Source of the DNA: Calditrichaceae bacterium
GTDB lineage: Bacteria; Calditrichota; Calditrichia; Calditrichales; JBFXGD01
Assembly: GCA_050173015.1 (NCBI GenBank)
Contig: JBFXLE010000010.1
Location: forward strand, 53,722 to 117,721
DNA: 64,000 nt
Direction of reading: 5' to 3'
In this document: piece by piece, positions 8,563 to 20,403 of the stretch
Position numbering within the stretch: the first letter of the stretch is position 1
Layout of the letters: each line of letters begins with the position of its first letter
The notes under the pieces: generated by a model
What the model saw: only the letters and a program-made list of their open reading frames with translations
What the model was told of the DNA's origin: nothing
The model's database searches: none
Made by a program: the position numbers and the translations under genes

Positions 8563-10056
8563 ATGAGCGATTATATCTATTTCTGGATTGGTTTTCTGGC
8601 ATACAGCATCATAGTCATCTGGATCGGATTCTATATCTGGAAGAAAGAAAAGGCATCGGGCAGGCACTGCGACAACTCAGCATACTGGTCGGCAAGCGGT
8701 AATCTATCCGGCTTATCCAGCGGACTCTCCATTTCCGCCAGCATGATGTCCATAAGCTGGTCATGTGTGTATGGAGTACAGCTCTTTTACTGGTACGGAC
8801 CGGGTGGCGCGTGGCTTCTTATTATCCCCTGGCTTATAACGATGGCCGGTTTTTTTATATTTGCCTCCCGTTTCCGGAAGTTTAAGACCTTTTCACAGCC
8901 GGAACTTCTCGAAAAACGCTTTGGATCAAAGGCAAGACAGCTGCTTGCTCCGGCGCTGATTGTAGTATTTATTACATGGACGGGGGCGGAAATATATGCC
9001 GCCGGAAATATCATCGCGCCGTTTCTCGGTATATCGCTCAATCAGGCGCTGCTCATCATCACGATTGTTGTTTCTGTGTACACATTTACCGGCGGATTCG
9101 AAGCAGTTGTTTCCACTGATAAGATTCAGTTTCTATTGGTCGCGGTTTTCATAACCAGCCTGGCTGTCATCGGCTGGAACGCTTTGCCCGCCGGCGCTTC
9201 CATCTGGGATATCCCTCCGCCGCCAAAATTAAATCACCATTCAAATTTATTCGCGCCCGGTATCGCGCTTATCGCAGTCACTTTTTTTGCCTATCTTCCG
9301 GGCTGGCTGATTGAAACCGATGTCTGGATCAGACTGCAGGCCGCAAAATCAAACGGAGCCGCGAGAAGAGGCATTTTGATTGCAGGCATCAATTCCTTCG
9401 TTTTCGTTGGTGTCATGCCTCTGCTTATCGGCATGTCGGCATTAATACTTTTTCCTCCCGTTAACGGAATCATCCCGGGGCAGCTCAAGGACGGGACAGT
9501 AATACTAACCGTGCTTATGCAGAATTACGCGCCGGTCTGGTTAAATGTATTTTTGTCCATCGGTCTTATAGCCGCTGCCATGTCCACCATCGACACCTGT
9601 GGCAATGTGGTTGCTCTCTCCTTCTCTTTCGACCTGGTCGAACCACATGTTCAAAACAAATGGTCCGCCGCCCGCTTAAACAATTTCGCCCGGATCTCCT
9701 CGGTGGGGGCAGTATTTATATCCTATATTTACGCTATTTTTACAGAAAGTTTGTGGGATATTTTTTATCTTTCTTCCGGAATATTAACCACGACTGTTTT
9801 TATCCCGGTTATCAGCAGTTTTTTTAAATCGACCCAAAAAAGTCAAGTTCATTTTTCAATCGTTTTTGGCTTTTTATCCACATTGATATTTTATTTTCTT
9901 GAATCACGCGGGAATATGGGATTTTTTGAACCATCGTTTTTATCCGGGACCGGGCTTAGTTATATCCTGTGGGGATTTATTTTTTCCATTATCGGATTCT
10001 TTACCGGAAAATTGTTTTCCGGTTCCGGCGCAATGGACGAAAGAGCAGACATCTGA
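8563..10056 (+). CDS. Sodium:solute symporter (SSS) family protein
   Basis: About 13 TM segments; LLEKRFG, YTFTGGFEAVVSTDKIQ and AAAMSTID motifs. Confidence 0.88.
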   Translation: MSDYIYFWIGFLAYSIIVIWIGFYIWKKEKASGRHCDNSAYWSASGNLSGLSSGLSISASMMSISWSCVYGVQLFYWYGPGGAWLLIIPWLITMAGFFIFASRFRKFKTFSQPELLEKRFGSKARQLLAPALIVVFITWTGAEIYAAGNIIAPFLGISLNQALLIITIVVSVYTFTGGFEAVVSTDKIQFLLVAVFITSLAVIGWNALPAGASIWDIPPPPKLNHHSNLFAPGIALIAVTFFAYLPGWLIETDVWIRLQAAKSNGAARRGILIAGINSFVFVGVMPLLIGMSALILFPPVNGIIPGQLKDGTVILTVLMQNYAPVWLNVFLSIGLIAAAMSTIDTCGNVVALSFSFDLVEPHVQNKWSAARLNNFARISSVGAVFISYIYAIFTESLWDIFYLSSGILTTTVFIPVISSFFKSTQKSQVHFSIVFGFLSTLIFYFLESRGNMGFFEPSFLSGTGLSYILWGFIFSIIGFFTGKLFSGSGAMDERADI

Positions 10057-10263
10057 ACGCCGTTTTTTAAATACAAGCGTTTTAATATCAGCAAAATTAT
10101 CCTCATTACATTCCGGTAAAATGTGCCATAAATCACAGCCATTTATTTTATTAATCGATAAAATCAACAAGGTCAATTATATGAACGGAAATAGATATTT
10201 AAATGCAAGCGTTTAATTTGGGGTCGTGTTGTTCAAAATTTAATTCAATCTAAGGAGAATTTC

Positions 10264-10800
10264 ATGAAGAAGTTATTACTAGTCGCACTTGTTATTTTCA
10301 CACTGGGCTCATTTGGCTTTGCACAGGGTATTGGTTTCCACGGTGTTGCTCCTCAGGTAGCGCTGCTTGTACCCGGTGAGGATGGTCTCACCACAGGCTT
10401 TGCATTTGGCGCAAAAGTTAATTTGGGTGAAGTGGCTCCGGGAATCTCTATTTATCCGTTAGCGTTTTATCATATGCCCGGAACCGATTACGACGATTTG
10501 ACATTCAGCGATATTCAGATCGGCGCGGATGTACATTATAATCTTCCAAGCGTTGCCGGTGTTTACGTTGGGGGTGGACTTACATTTAACATCCTTACAA
10601 TTGAGTTAGATTATACAAATCCATTCACCGGTCAAACCGATACGTATGATGAGTCAGAAAATCGGATAGGCTTTTCACTGTTGGGCGGCTATAAATTCCC
10701 AATAGGCGGTATGGATGCAATGGCGGAAGCAAAATACGGAATCGTTTCCGATTACAGCCATTTGATGATTGGACTCGCTGTAATGTTCGGCGCAAAATAA
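10264..10800 (+). CDS. Outer membrane beta-barrel protein (OmpA/porin-like, about 8 strands)
   Basis: Signal peptide, YVGGGL strand, RBS AAGGAG. Confidence 0.75.
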   Translation: MKKLLLVALVIFTLGSFGFAQGIGFHGVAPQVALLVPGEDGLTTGFAFGAKVNLGEVAPGISIYPLAFYHMPGTDYDDLTFSDIQIGADVHYNLPSVAGVYVGGGLTFNILTIELDYTNPFTGQTDTYDESENRIGFSLLGGYKFPIGGMDAMAEAKYGIVSDYSHLMIGLAVMFGAK

Positions 10801-10820
10801 TTTTTTTTGAAAATATGTAT

Positions 10821-10854
10821 AAAAGGCTGTCTTTGGAAAAGGGCAGCCTTTTTT
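10821..10854. terminator. Bidirectional terminator between convergent genes
   Basis: AAAAGGCTGTC...GGCAGCCTTTTT. Confidence 0.7.
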
Positions 10855-12202
10855 ATTTTATTTCACCAATTTTCTTTTTCCATAATCCCATTGCGAATAG
10901 AATGGTATTGAGCAGTCCTTTTAAAAAGGTTGTGAGCGCGATGGCCCACCATATCCCCTTTGTTCCCCAATCCAGATTAATGGCAAAAAACCAGGCAAGA
11001 GGAATACGGCTGAGGGTGACAGGAACAGAAACAAGCATTACCGGAAGCGTATATCCCGCGCCGCTGAAGGCCCCTTCCATTATGACTTCAAGTCCCAAAA
11101 AAATTTCAAATACCGCGATAATACGCAGGTATTCCACGCCTATTTTTTGTACGCTCACATCTGTAGTGAAGACGCTCATCAACCATTCCGGCCAGAAAAA
11201 AAAGACAACCGAAACCAGAAAGAGTGTCATCACTCCATAAATATTGACCCACCAGGCCGCCTTTTGCGCCGAAGCAATGGAGCGCGCGCCGACATTCTGG
11301 CCCACGAGTGTTGAAGCGGCAGCAGAGTATCCTACACAGGCAAACCAGGCGATCCCTTCTATTCTGTGACATACACCAATTGCCGCGATCGCTTCTGTTC
11401 CAAACCGGGCGATAATACCGGTCAGCGCGACATAGATCAGGCTGAAAAAGAATCCTCCAAAGGCAATGGGACTGCCAATACTGAGAATTCTCCAGATGAT
11501 TATTTTGTCAATCCGCACCCGGAAATCAGGAAGAAATTTTTTCTTTCGCAGAATGTAAACACAAAGTCCCGCCGCGACTATTTCGGACAATATGGTCGCG
11601 AAGGCCGCGCCCGCCACACCCATTTCAGGAAAACCGAACCAACCAAAGATAAAGACAGGATCAAGAACAGCATTTAATAAAAGGGCAATTGCTAAAATGA
11701 TCATCGGCGTTTTGGTATCACCGATGCCTCTGAAGACTCCTTCCATCCCGACAAACCAAAATGAAAAAATCAGTCCTGATAAAACGATACTCAGATAGGT
11801 CCGAGCCTCATTAAAAACTATTTCATCGAATCCCATCACACGGAACAGCATATTTTGCGTCACAAACACAACGATAGCGATCACCACCGCGCTTATGGTA
11901 TTGATGAGCATTCCCTGACCGGCGGCATATCTTCCCTTTTCTTCATCTCCGGCTCCGACACTTTGCGCGACAAGCGTCGTTATTCCGTTTACGCTTAAAG
12001 CCGAAAGAGAAAATATCGCCCACATAATAAATGAACTTCCACCGATCGCCGCCAGCGCTGAAGCGCCAAGCTTCCCCACCCAATAAGCGTCTATCAGCTG
12101 ATATAGTGTTTGCAGAACCGAAGAAATCATCCCCGGAAATGATAATTCATAGATTGATTTATGAAGATTTTGATTTATCAACGAGTAGTTTTGTTTTTTC
12201 AT
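10853..12202 (-). CDS. MATE family efflux transporter
   Basis: 12 TM; DAYWVGKLG, FRGIGDTKTPM and NAVLDPVFIFG...MGVAGAAFAT motifs. Confidence 0.93.
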   Translation of the reverse strand: MKKQNYSLINQNLHKSIYELSFPGMISSVLQTLYQLIDAYWVGKLGASALAAIGGSSFIMWAIFSLSALSVNGITTLVAQSVGAGDEEKGRYAAGQGMLINTISAVVIAIVVFVTQNMLFRVMGFDEIVFNEARTYLSIVLSGLIFSFWFVGMEGVFRGIGDTKTPMIILAIALLLNAVLDPVFIFGWFGFPEMGVAGAAFATILSEIVAAGLCVYILRKKKFLPDFRVRIDKIIIWRILSIGSPIAFGGFFFSLIYVALTGIIARFGTEAIAAIGVCHRIEGIAWFACVGYSAAASTLVGQNVGARSIASAQKAAWWVNIYGVMTLFLVSVVFFFWPEWLMSVFTTDVSVQKIGVEYLRIIAVFEIFLGLEVIMEGAFSGAGYTLPVMLVSVPVTLSRIPLAWFFAINLDWGTKGIWWAIALTTFLKGLLNTILFAMGLWKKKIGEIK

Positions 12203-12398
12203 CTAAACTGTTTCAATTTGGTTTATAACTGATCCGCTTCCAATCACATACCGGGTAGATGCGGATTTCAAATCCGGGCGAAACTTAACACCTGACTCTT
12301 ATATTTCTAAATTTGTATCTTTATCGCGCAATTAAAAGATAGATTTAAAAAGTATTTCATGGCATTGTACGAGAGGGTCAAATGGATTTTATTTGTCT

Positions 12399-13034
12399 TT
12401 AATATGCCAAGGCTTCAATATTGCCCGCGCCTTCGCGTAAAATCTGGGGATCCTCAGTTGTAAAATCGACAATTGTGGATGGTTGATTAAAGCTTATCCC
12501 CGCGTCCAGAATCAAATCTATTTCATTTGCATAGCGCTGAGCAATTTCATCCGGGTCCGTGTAATATCCGTCATCACCAAGCGGCACACTTGTGCTTAAA
12601 ATGGGTCTGCCTAGTTCCTTCGCCAGAGCGATAGCGACCGGTGAATCCGGGATCCTGATCCCCACTGTTTTTCTCTTTTGAAGAAGTATCTTTGGGACCT
12701 GTCTTGATGCTCTCAAAATAAATGTGTAGGAACCGGGTGTCACGCGGCGCATAATCTTATACGCGTAATCCGGAACCTGAGCCCAATTGGATATATCCTT
12801 CAAATCCGGACAGATAAAGCTTAAAAGTTTATGATTTGAAGATTTCTTAATCCGGAATATCCGTTCCATGGCCTGTTTATGAAATAAATCGGCCCCAAGA
12901 CCGTAAATAGTGTCTGTCGGGTAAACTACCACGCCACCATTTTTAAGCACTTCCGCAGCCTGTTTAATTAACCTGGGTTGCGGATTTTCCAAATAGACTT
13001 TTTGAACAGTAACCGCCATATAAAATCCATTCAT
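12399..13034 (-). CDS. Sua5/YciO/YrdC family threonylcarbamoyl-AMP synthase
   Basis: VVVYPTDTIYGLG, TVGIRIP, PILSTS and PSTIVD motifs. Confidence 0.92.
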   Translation of the reverse strand: MNGFYMAVTVQKVYLENPQPRLIKQAAEVLKNGGVVVYPTDTIYGLGADLFHKQAMERIFRIKKSSNHKLLSFICPDLKDISNWAQVPDYAYKIMRRVTPGSYTFILRASRQVPKILLQKRKTVGIRIPDSPVAIALAKELGRPILSTSVPLGDDGYYTDPDEIAQRYANEIDLILDAGISFNQPSTIVDFTTEDPQILREGAGNIEALAY

Positions 13035-13271
13035 TTTTTACGAAGAGTTAAATACAAAGAATTTCGACATCAGTCAAGCTAAATTATTATTCACTTGTTT
13101 TTTCAATTGTCTTTTTTACTATATTTTTTCTAAAATGCGCATCATTTTTTGCGTGAGTTCTTCACTCTCTTTAAATTTGTTATGTCGAAAATTTATTTGG
13201 GCATCAGATTTAAATTTTAGACGGATGGTGTTTCCCTAATTTTTACTTACAATTTTTAAAGGAGTATCAAA

Positions 13272-14192
13272 CTGAAAGGCATACAAAATCCACTGAAGAA
13301 TCTGCATCAGATTGATCTTGATCAGCCTCTCAGAGGATATTATAAATTCATAAACTGCTGGCTTTACAGGGAGAATGATGTAACCATTATTGTGGATCAC
13401 GGCCCCCGTTCATCATTTACCTTTCTTAAAAAGGCCCTGAAATCGTTGGGGGTGGACCGAATTGATTATATACTACTCACACACATCCATATAGATCACG
13501 CGGGATGCTCGGGTCTTCTTGTCAAATCATATCCTACCGCAAAAGTAATCTGTCACCCAATAGGCATCCCCCACATGATTAATCCCTCTGATTTGTGGAA
13601 AGGTTCATTAAATATTCTGGGGAAACTGGCAGAAGTTTACGGAGAAATAGCTCCGGTCAAAGCCGATAAAATTTCATTTCTGCCGCAAATCAATGAACGG
13701 GGGGTCACAGTCGATGTGTATGAAACACCCGGACACGCTTCGCACCATCTATGCTACCGTATAGGTGATATTCTTTTTGCCGGAGAAGCAGCGGGGGTAA
13801 ATGTACCCTCTGAAAATATGGAATATCTTAGGATTGCCACTCCGCCGGTATTTAAACATGATATTTATCATGCCTCCCTGGAAAAAGCGGCCTTGATACC
13901 GGCAAAATACGTATGTTTTGGTCATTACGGAATCAGTGAGAATCCGGATTCGGTTTTTGAGCGGGCGCGATTTCAGCTGTTTCTATGGATAAAAATTGTA
14001 GAAAGACATTTTCAGAGGGCATCCAATGACTTTTATGAAACTGTATTCAATGAATTACTGATATCGGATCCATCCATTTCTGCCTTTTCTTCTCTTCCGG
14101 AAGATATTCGGGAACGAGAAAAATATTTTGCTTTTAACAGCATAAAAGGAATGTATGAATATATTGCCGGGCTGCAGCAATCTGATCCGTAA
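13272..14192 (+). CDS. MBL-fold metallo-hydrolase
   Basis: THIHIDHAG, TPGHASHH and FGHYG motifs. The frame extends upstream of the GTG at 13392 to a CTG at 13272 behind an AAGGAG RBS. Confidence 0.85.
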   Translation: MKGIQNPLKNLHQIDLDQPLRGYYKFINCWLYRENDVTIIVDHGPRSSFTFLKKALKSLGVDRIDYILLTHIHIDHAGCSGLLVKSYPTAKVICHPIGIPHMINPSDLWKGSLNILGKLAEVYGEIAPVKADKISFLPQINERGVTVDVYETPGHASHHLCYRIGDILFAGEAAGVNVPSENMEYLRIATPPVFKHDIYHASLEKAALIPAKYVCFGHYGISENPDSVFERARFQLFLWIKIVERHFQRASNDFYETVFNELLISDPSISAFSSLPEDIREREKYFAFNSIKGMYEYIAGLQQSDP

Positions 14193-14225
14193 ATTTGGTT
14201 TTTAACAGATGACAGGAGCAACTCC

Positions 14226-16403
14226 ATGAGACAATTTTTTCATACAATACTTTTGACCGTTATTCTTACGGTTAATCTCTTTGCATCAGGGAAAGAGCTC
14301 ACCGTGGAAGATATTTATAGTTCCGGGCAATTTTACGGCCGCTCGCCGGCCGGATTAAACTGGGTACCCGGAGAAAACGCCTATTCTTTTATAAAATATG
14401 AGGGTGTAAGCCGCCTGCCGGTGTTATACAAATTTGATCTTAAAAGTCAAAAAGAAATCGCTCTTCTTGACAGCGCCATCCTTAAATCCCCTGATGATCA
14501 AAAGCCTCTCCGCTGGTCCTCTTGTAAATGGTCCGACAGCGGCTCAAAAATCCTGCTGACCTCTCATATGGAGTATATCTGGAGACATTCGAGACAAGCT
14601 ATTTATTATATTTATGACTTCAAGTCAAAAACGTTGCGGAAAATTTCCAGGGATGGCAAGGCCTTATCGAATGTTAAATTTTCTCCTGATGAATCCATGG
14701 TCGGATATGTTTTAGAGAACAATCTTTATATGATGAATTTGCTTTCCGGAGATGTCACTCAATTGACATCTGACGGATCCGACACCATCATCAACGGTCA
14801 ATTTGACTGGGTTTATGAGGAAGAATTCGCCATTTCAGACGGCTGGGAGTGGTCACCGGACGGGAAGAAAATTGCCTTCTGGAGACTTGATCAATCACCG
14901 GAGCCGAAGTTCAGCTGGATTGATTTCGATCCTGTAAACGGTTCTGTTGAAACCATCCGGTATCCGAAAGCGGGTGATCCGAACGCATTGGTGAAAATCG
15001 GAGTCTTCGATCTCATTTCCGGCCAAACGACCTGGATGGATACAGGGAATGAGCCGGACATCTATATTCCACGGATAAAATGGACACAAAACCCGGATAT
15101 TTTGTCTATTCAAAGGTTGAACCGGCTTCAGAACAAGCTCGAACTAATGTTGGCGGATGCCAAATCGGGAAAGACAAAAACAATTCTGACCGAAACAGAT
15201 CCCTGCTGGATTGATGTTGCCGACGATCTTGTTTTTTTGAAAAACAAGCGGGAATTTGTGTGGACTTCCGAGAGGGATGGTTATAAGCATATCTATCTTT
15301 ATAATATGGATGGTAAATTAATTCGTCAGTTGACCGGGGGATCATGGGAAGTAAAAAACGTCAGCGGTTTTGACGGGAATTTGCTGTTTTTTGATGCCAA
15401 CAAAGACAACATGAATGAAAACCATTTCTTCAGCATCGATTTGAAGGGCCGCAATCTTAAAAAGATCACACATATTCCCGGATGGCACCGGGCGACATTC
15501 TCTTCAGATTATAAATATTTTTTCCATTCTTATTCCAATGTTAAAACTCCCACAAAATATTTGATTTCCGGGATAAACGGCAAAGCAATCCAGCCAATCG
15601 AAGAAAATAATATTGAAGCGTTAAACGAGTATGAACTCTCCTATCCCGAATTTTTTATGTTCAGGACCGAAGACGGTGAAATGCTGAACGCGATGATGAT
15701 TAAACCGGTTGATTTCGACGCGAAAAAGAAGTATCCCGTTTTAATTTACGGATACAGCGGGCCCGAGTCTCAAACTGTACGTAACAGCTGGGGCAGGACG
15801 ACATTCCTGTGGCACAATCTTCTCGCCCAGAAGGGTTATATTATTTTTACGCTTGACAACCGCGGGACCGGCGGACGCGGTAAAGCCTTCAAAAACTTAG
15901 CCTACGGTGATATGGGCAAATGGGCGGTGCATGACCATATTCAGGGCGCGAAATATCTCGCCGGAATGCCTTATGTTGACAAAGACAGAATCGGTATCTG
16001 GGGATGGAGCGGCGGTGGATGGCTGACATTGATGTCGATGACAAAAGCATCCGACTATTTTAAGGCCGGTGTTGCCGTGGCTCCTGTCAGCGATTTTCGC
16101 TTGTATGATACCATTTATACCGAAAGGTACCTGGGTTTGCCATCGATGAACGAAGCCGGGTATGATTCATCATCCGCCCTGAGTTTTACGGATCGTTACA
16201 AGGGTGGACTACTTATCGTTCACGGGTCCGCGGACGACAATGTGCATTATCAGAATAGCATGCAGTTTATCAAAAAGCTTCAATTGCGTGGCAAACAATT
16301 TGATTTGATGATCTATCCCGGATTGAATCACGGGATTCACGCCCGGAACAGTTATCTGCACCTTTTTACAATGATCACCAATTTTATATTGACAAATTTA
16401 TAA
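14226..16403 (+). CDS. Dipeptidyl-peptidase IV (S9B family)
   Basis: DWVYEEE, GIWGWSGGG nucleophile, HGSADDNVH and terminal His motif. Confidence 0.95.
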   Translation: MRQFFHTILLTVILTVNLFASGKELTVEDIYSSGQFYGRSPAGLNWVPGENAYSFIKYEGVSRLPVLYKFDLKSQKEIALLDSAILKSPDDQKPLRWSSCKWSDSGSKILLTSHMEYIWRHSRQAIYYIYDFKSKTLRKISRDGKALSNVKFSPDESMVGYVLENNLYMMNLLSGDVTQLTSDGSDTIINGQFDWVYEEEFAISDGWEWSPDGKKIAFWRLDQSPEPKFSWIDFDPVNGSVETIRYPKAGDPNALVKIGVFDLISGQTTWMDTGNEPDIYIPRIKWTQNPDILSIQRLNRLQNKLELMLADAKSGKTKTILTETDPCWIDVADDLVFLKNKREFVWTSERDGYKHIYLYNMDGKLIRQLTGGSWEVKNVSGFDGNLLFFDANKDNMNENHFFSIDLKGRNLKKITHIPGWHRATFSSDYKYFFHSYSNVKTPTKYLISGINGKAIQPIEENNIEALNEYELSYPEFFMFRTEDGEMLNAMMIKPVDFDAKKKYPVLIYGYSGPESQTVRNSWGRTTFLWHNLLAQKGYIIFTLDNRGTGGRGKAFKNLAYGDMGKWAVHDHIQGAKYLAGMPYVDKDRIGIWGWSGGGWLTLMSMTKASDYFKAGVAVAPVSDFRLYDTIYTERYLGLPSMNEAGYDSSSALSFTDRYKGGLLIVHGSADDNVHYQNSMQFIKKLQLRGKQFDLMIYPGLNHGIHARNSYLHLFTMITNFILTNL

Positions 16404-16410
16404 TTACATC

Positions 16411-16446
16411 AAAGATACCCTCGCTGACAGGTGAGGGATATCTTTT
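16411..16446 (+). terminator. Rho-independent terminator
   Basis: AAAGATACCCTC...GAGGGATATCTTTT. Confidence 0.6.
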
Positions 16447-16951
16447 CCAGTTGAAGTTTATACAAATTCCCACATAATATTCCATTATCTTTCAAACTCG
16501 TATCGCATTTAAGATGCCTTTTACCGGTTGACATTGATATTTTTTTTATTGAGGGAAAAACATATTGAAGCATGTTAAAGGGAAAAACTCAAAACTATCT
16601 AAATATCATGACGGCGATTTTAAAAAGGCGTGATATTTTATAATCTGAAAAGTAAGACCCGAATTTTTGGAAAGTAAAGCCCGGGATTCAGAATTTATCA
16701 GGTTATTATTTTCCTAATCATCATAAGAGTGTAAATTAGTAAAAATTTGTTTGCTGATATAATTATGAAATCTTATATTCTCTTTTAATAATATTTTGTT
16801 AAATTTGGGAATTACGCGCAAAAAGGATATTCACCTTACGGAAAGGTCATTGAAATATATTTTATTGTGAAAGATTTACTGAACCCCCCGGTTCTGATTA
16901 ATTTTTTAAGTTCACAAAAACAAAAACCGTCTAACTAGCGGAGCTTGTACC

Positions 16952-17644
16952 ATGATTCGATTTTCAACATCTTCTTTATCCTCTGTCGGCAAGAAGATCT
17001 TCATGGGCCTGACGGGGCTGCTTCTCAGCGGCTTCATCGTAGTCCATCTTCTGGGAAATCTTGCTCTATTGAGTCCGGACAAAGATCCTTTTAACAAGTA
17101 TGCTCATTTTCTGCAGAGCCTTGGAACTTCAATTTACATTGCGGAAATCATACTTGCTTCAATCTTCCTGATTCATTTTTTTGATGCTATTCTCATTACC
17201 TGGGGTAACTGGAAGGCGCGTCCTACCGGCTACAAAGTAGTGACAAACGCGAAAGGCGCGAGCAGAAAATCTATCGCCTCAACGACGATGATATATACCG
17301 GCCTGATTATCATTACATTTACGGTTCTCCACCTTTTTCATTTCAAATACGGCGCGATTGTCGAATACACAACCGCCGATGGGCAGAACATTCGCGACCT
17401 CTATGTTATCGTGTATGAATTCTTTGCCAGCATTCTTAATGTTGTTTTTTATGTAGCCGTAATGGTTTTGCTGGGCTTTCATTTGAGCCATGGTTTTTGG
17501 AGCGCTTTTCAGTCGCTTGGTCTTAGCGGCAAAAGATTCACCGTTTTTATTCAGGGCTTTGCCTACCTGTTTGCCGTTATCATGGCTATTGGCTTTGTTT
17601 TTATACCTATCTGGATTTATTTTAGAGCAGGAGGGGCACTATGA
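16952..17644 (+). CDS. sdhC: Succinate dehydrogenase/fumarate reductase cytochrome b subunit
   Basis: [19 protein letters not shown] and [14 protein letters not shown] (b558 family). Confidence 0.92.
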   Translation: MIRFSTSSLSSVGKKIFMGLTGLLLSGFIVVHLLGNLALLSPDKDPFNKYAHFLQSLGTSIYIAEIILASIFLIHFFDAILITWGNWKARPTGYKVVTNAKGASRKSIASTTMIYTGLIIITFTVLHLFHFKYGAIVEYTTADGQNIRDLYVIVYEFFASILNVVFYVAVMVLLGFHLSHGFWSAFQSLGLSGKRFTVFIQGFAYLFAVIMAIGFVFIPIWIYFRAGGAL

Positions 17645-19554
17645 AACTAGATTCAAAAATTCCGAGCGGTCCCCTGGCCGAGAAATGGGATAAACATAAA
17701 TTTGATATAAAAGTTGTCAATCCCAAAAACAAGAGAAAATTTACGGTAATTGTGGTGGGTACCGGCCTGGCCGGCGCATCCGCCGCGGCTTCGCTTGGTG
17801 AACTTGGATATAATGTACTTAATTTCTGCATTCAGGATTCTCCCCGTCGCGCGCACAGTATCGCTGCCCAGGGCGGAATCAATGCCGCCAAAAATTATCA
17901 GAATGACGGCGACAGCGTATGGCGCTTATTTCATGACACCATAAAGGGCGGCGATTACCGCGCCCGTGAAGCCAATGTGTACCGTCTTGCTCAGGTGAGC
18001 AACAATATCATTGATCAGGCTGTCGCTCAGGGTGTTCCTTTTGCAAGGGAATACGGCGGCTTGTTTGCTAACCGATCTTTTGGCGGCGCGCTCGTATCCC
18101 GAACGTTTTACGCCCGGGGACAGACGGGACAACAGCTGCTGCTGGGAGCCTACAGTTCTCTGATGGCGCAGGTGGAAGCAGGAACCGTTAAATTGTACAC
18201 CAGACGCGAAATGCTTGAACTTGTCGTTATCGACGGTAAAGCGCGGGGCATTGTTACACGCAACTTGATCACCGGTGAAACTGAACGATTCGCGGCCGAC
18301 GCCGTTGTTCTGGGTACCGGGGGATACGCCACCGCATATTATCTTTCCACATTAGCAGTCAATTCAAACGCGACCGCCATATGGCGCGCGCATAAAAAAG
18401 GCGCTTTATTCGGAAATCCGTGCTTCGTTCAAATCCACCCGACATGTATTCCGAGATCCGGCGACTATCAGTCAAAACTTACTCTGATGAGTGAAAGCCT
18501 CCGTAACGACGGCCGGGTGTGGGTGCCTAAGAAAAAAGGTGACAAACGCCCACCAAATGAAATTCCCGAAAACGAACGGGATTATTATCTTGAAAGAAAA
18601 TATCCGACCTTTGGAAACATGGTTCCCCGCGATGTGGCCTCGAGAAACGCGAAGGACATGTGTGATGAAGGAAAAGGAGTCGGTGAAACGGGTCTGGCGG
18701 TGTATCTTGATTTTAAAGACGCCATCAATCATTTCGGTCGGGAAACGATTGAGGAACGTTACGGCAACCTGTTTGAAATGTACAAAGAAATTACTAATGA
18801 AGACGCATATGAAGTCCCAATGCGTATTTATCCCGCTCCGCATTATACCATGGGTGGTCTTTGGGTTGATTACAACCTGATGAGTAACATTCCGGGTCTG
18901 CACGTGATCGGTGAAGCCAACTTCTCTGATCACGGCGCTAACCGCCTCGGCGCCAGCGCTTTAATGCAGGGTCTTTCAGACGGTTACTTTGTACTTCCTT
19001 ATACAATTGGTCATTATCTCGGCGGAACCAAGCTCGAGAAAGTAACGACTGATCATGAGGCTTTCAAGGAAGCTGAAGCTGAAGCCAACGAAAGATTCGA
19101 TAAGCTCCTGGCTGTAAAAGGAAACAAAACGGTCAAGGAGTTCCATACTGAACTTGGTAATATCTTATGGAATTATGTCGGTATGGGCAGGACTGAAGAA
19201 GGTCTGAAAAAAGCCCTTGAACTGATCCCGAAACTGCGTGAAGAATTCTGGAAAAACGTTAAGGTGGTCGGTACTAAGGATTCGCTAAACAAAAACCTTG
19301 AATTCGCGGGCCGTGTTGCCGATTACATGGAACTTGCCGAACTGATGGCACAGGACGCGCTACATAGAGTTGAATCCTGCGGTGGTCACTTCCGGGAAGA
19401 AAGTCAGACCGAAGAGGGCGAAGCCTTACGCGACGATGAAAATTTTAGCTATGTTGCCGCCTGGGAATATAAAGGCCTGGGCAATAGGTGGGAATTGCAT
19501 AAAGAACCACTTGAATTTGAAAATGTAACCCCAACCCAGCGTAGCTATAAGTAA
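17641..19554 (+). CDS. sdhA: Succinate dehydrogenase/fumarate reductase flavoprotein subunit
   Basis: [27 protein letters not shown] and [11 protein letters not shown]. Confidence 0.97.
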   Translation: MKLDSKIPSGPLAEKWDKHKFDIKVVNPKNKRKFTVIVVGTGLAGASAAASLGELGYNVLNFCIQDSPRRAHSIAAQGGINAAKNYQNDGDSVWRLFHDTIKGGDYRAREANVYRLAQVSNNIIDQAVAQGVPFAREYGGLFANRSFGGALVSRTFYARGQTGQQLLLGAYSSLMAQVEAGTVKLYTRREMLELVVIDGKARGIVTRNLITGETERFAADAVVLGTGGYATAYYLSTLAVNSNATAIWRAHKKGALFGNPCFVQIHPTCIPRSGDYQSKLTLMSESLRNDGRVWVPKKKGDKRPPNEIPENERDYYLERKYPTFGNMVPRDVASRNAKDMCDEGKGVGETGLAVYLDFKDAINHFGRETIEERYGNLFEMYKEITNEDAYEVPMRIYPAPHYTMGGLWVDYNLMSNIPGLHVIGEANFSDHGANRLGASALMQGLSDGYFVLPYTIGHYLGGTKLEKVTTDHEAFKEAEAEANERFDKLLAVKGNKTVKEFHTELGNILWNYVGMGRTEEGLKKALELIPKLREEFWKNVKVVGTKDSLNKNLEFAGRVADYMELAELMAQDALHRVESCGGHFREESQTEEGEALRDDENFSYVAAWEYKGLGNRWELHKEPLEFENVTPTQRSYK

Positions 19555-19565
19555 GGAGGCGGAAA

Positions 19566-20324
19566 ATGCAAGAGAAAAAAAATCTGACAATATATGTAAA
19601 AGCATGGCGTCAGGCCGATGCTAAATCTAAAGGTAAATTCGTTAAATACACGGTTAATGATGTTAATCCTGACATGTCCTTTCTTGAAATGCTGGACGTT
19701 CTGAACGAAGATCTCATCAAGAAAGACGAAATACCCGTTGAATTCGATAATGACTGCCGCGAAGGTATCTGCGGTATGTGTGGACTTGTGATCAACGGTA
19801 CCGCTCATGGACCAAAAAGCGGGACCACGACCTGTGAAGTCCGCATGCGTCAGTTCAAAAGCGGGGATACCATTCACGTAGAACCATGGAGGGCGAAAGC
19901 TTTTCCATTGATCAAAGATCTTGTTGTTGACCGTACAGCGATAGACCGGATCATGGCGAAGGGCGGTTATATCAGTGTTCGTACAGGCGGCGCTCCGGAA
20001 GCCAGCGCGATTCTGGTGCCAAAAGAAGAATCCGATATTGCAATGGATATGGCCGCGTGCATCGGCTGCGGCGCTTGTGTGGCTGCATGTCCTAACGCCT
20101 CGGCGGCATTGGTCGTCAGCGCGAAGATTTCACAATTTGCCTTACTGCCGCAAGGACAGCCCGAGGCAAAGCGGCGCGTTGAAAAAATGGTGGCGCAGAT
20201 GGATGAAGAACAATTCGGCGCGTGTTCCAATCATGGTGAATGCGAAGCTGTCTGTCCGAAGAATATTTCTATCTCGGCGATTGCCCGCATGAGACGTGAG
20301 TACCTCAAAGCCGCTGTGAGCTGA
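19566..20324 (+). CDS. sdhB: Succinate dehydrogenase/fumarate reductase Fe-S subunit
   Basis: [21 protein letters not shown] and [12 protein letters not shown]. Confidence 0.97.
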   Translation: MQEKKNLTIYVKAWRQADAKSKGKFVKYTVNDVNPDMSFLEMLDVLNEDLIKKDEIPVEFDNDCREGICGMCGLVINGTAHGPKSGTTTCEVRMRQFKSGDTIHVEPWRAKAFPLIKDLVVDRTAIDRIMAKGGYISVRTGGAPEASAILVPKEESDIAMDMAACIGCGACVAACPNASAALVVSAKISQFALLPQGQPEAKRRVEKMVAQMDEEQFGACSNHGECEAVCPKNISISAIARMRREYLKAAVS

Positions 20325-20343
20325 GCAAATTGTTTTATAATTG

Positions 20344-20382
20344 AAAAAGGCATGACGCGATTTGCGTCATGCCTTTTTTTTT
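20344..20382. terminator. Bidirectional Rho-independent terminator
   Basis: AAAAAGGCATGACGC-GATTT-GCGTCATGCCTTTTT. Confidence 0.85.
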
Positions 20383-20403
20383 GGAGGAGTGCCGGATGTT
20401 AAT

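Noticed and set aside
16865-16918. Rex-like TTGTGAA half-site upstream of sdhC
   Set aside because: The second half-site does not match at the required spacing.
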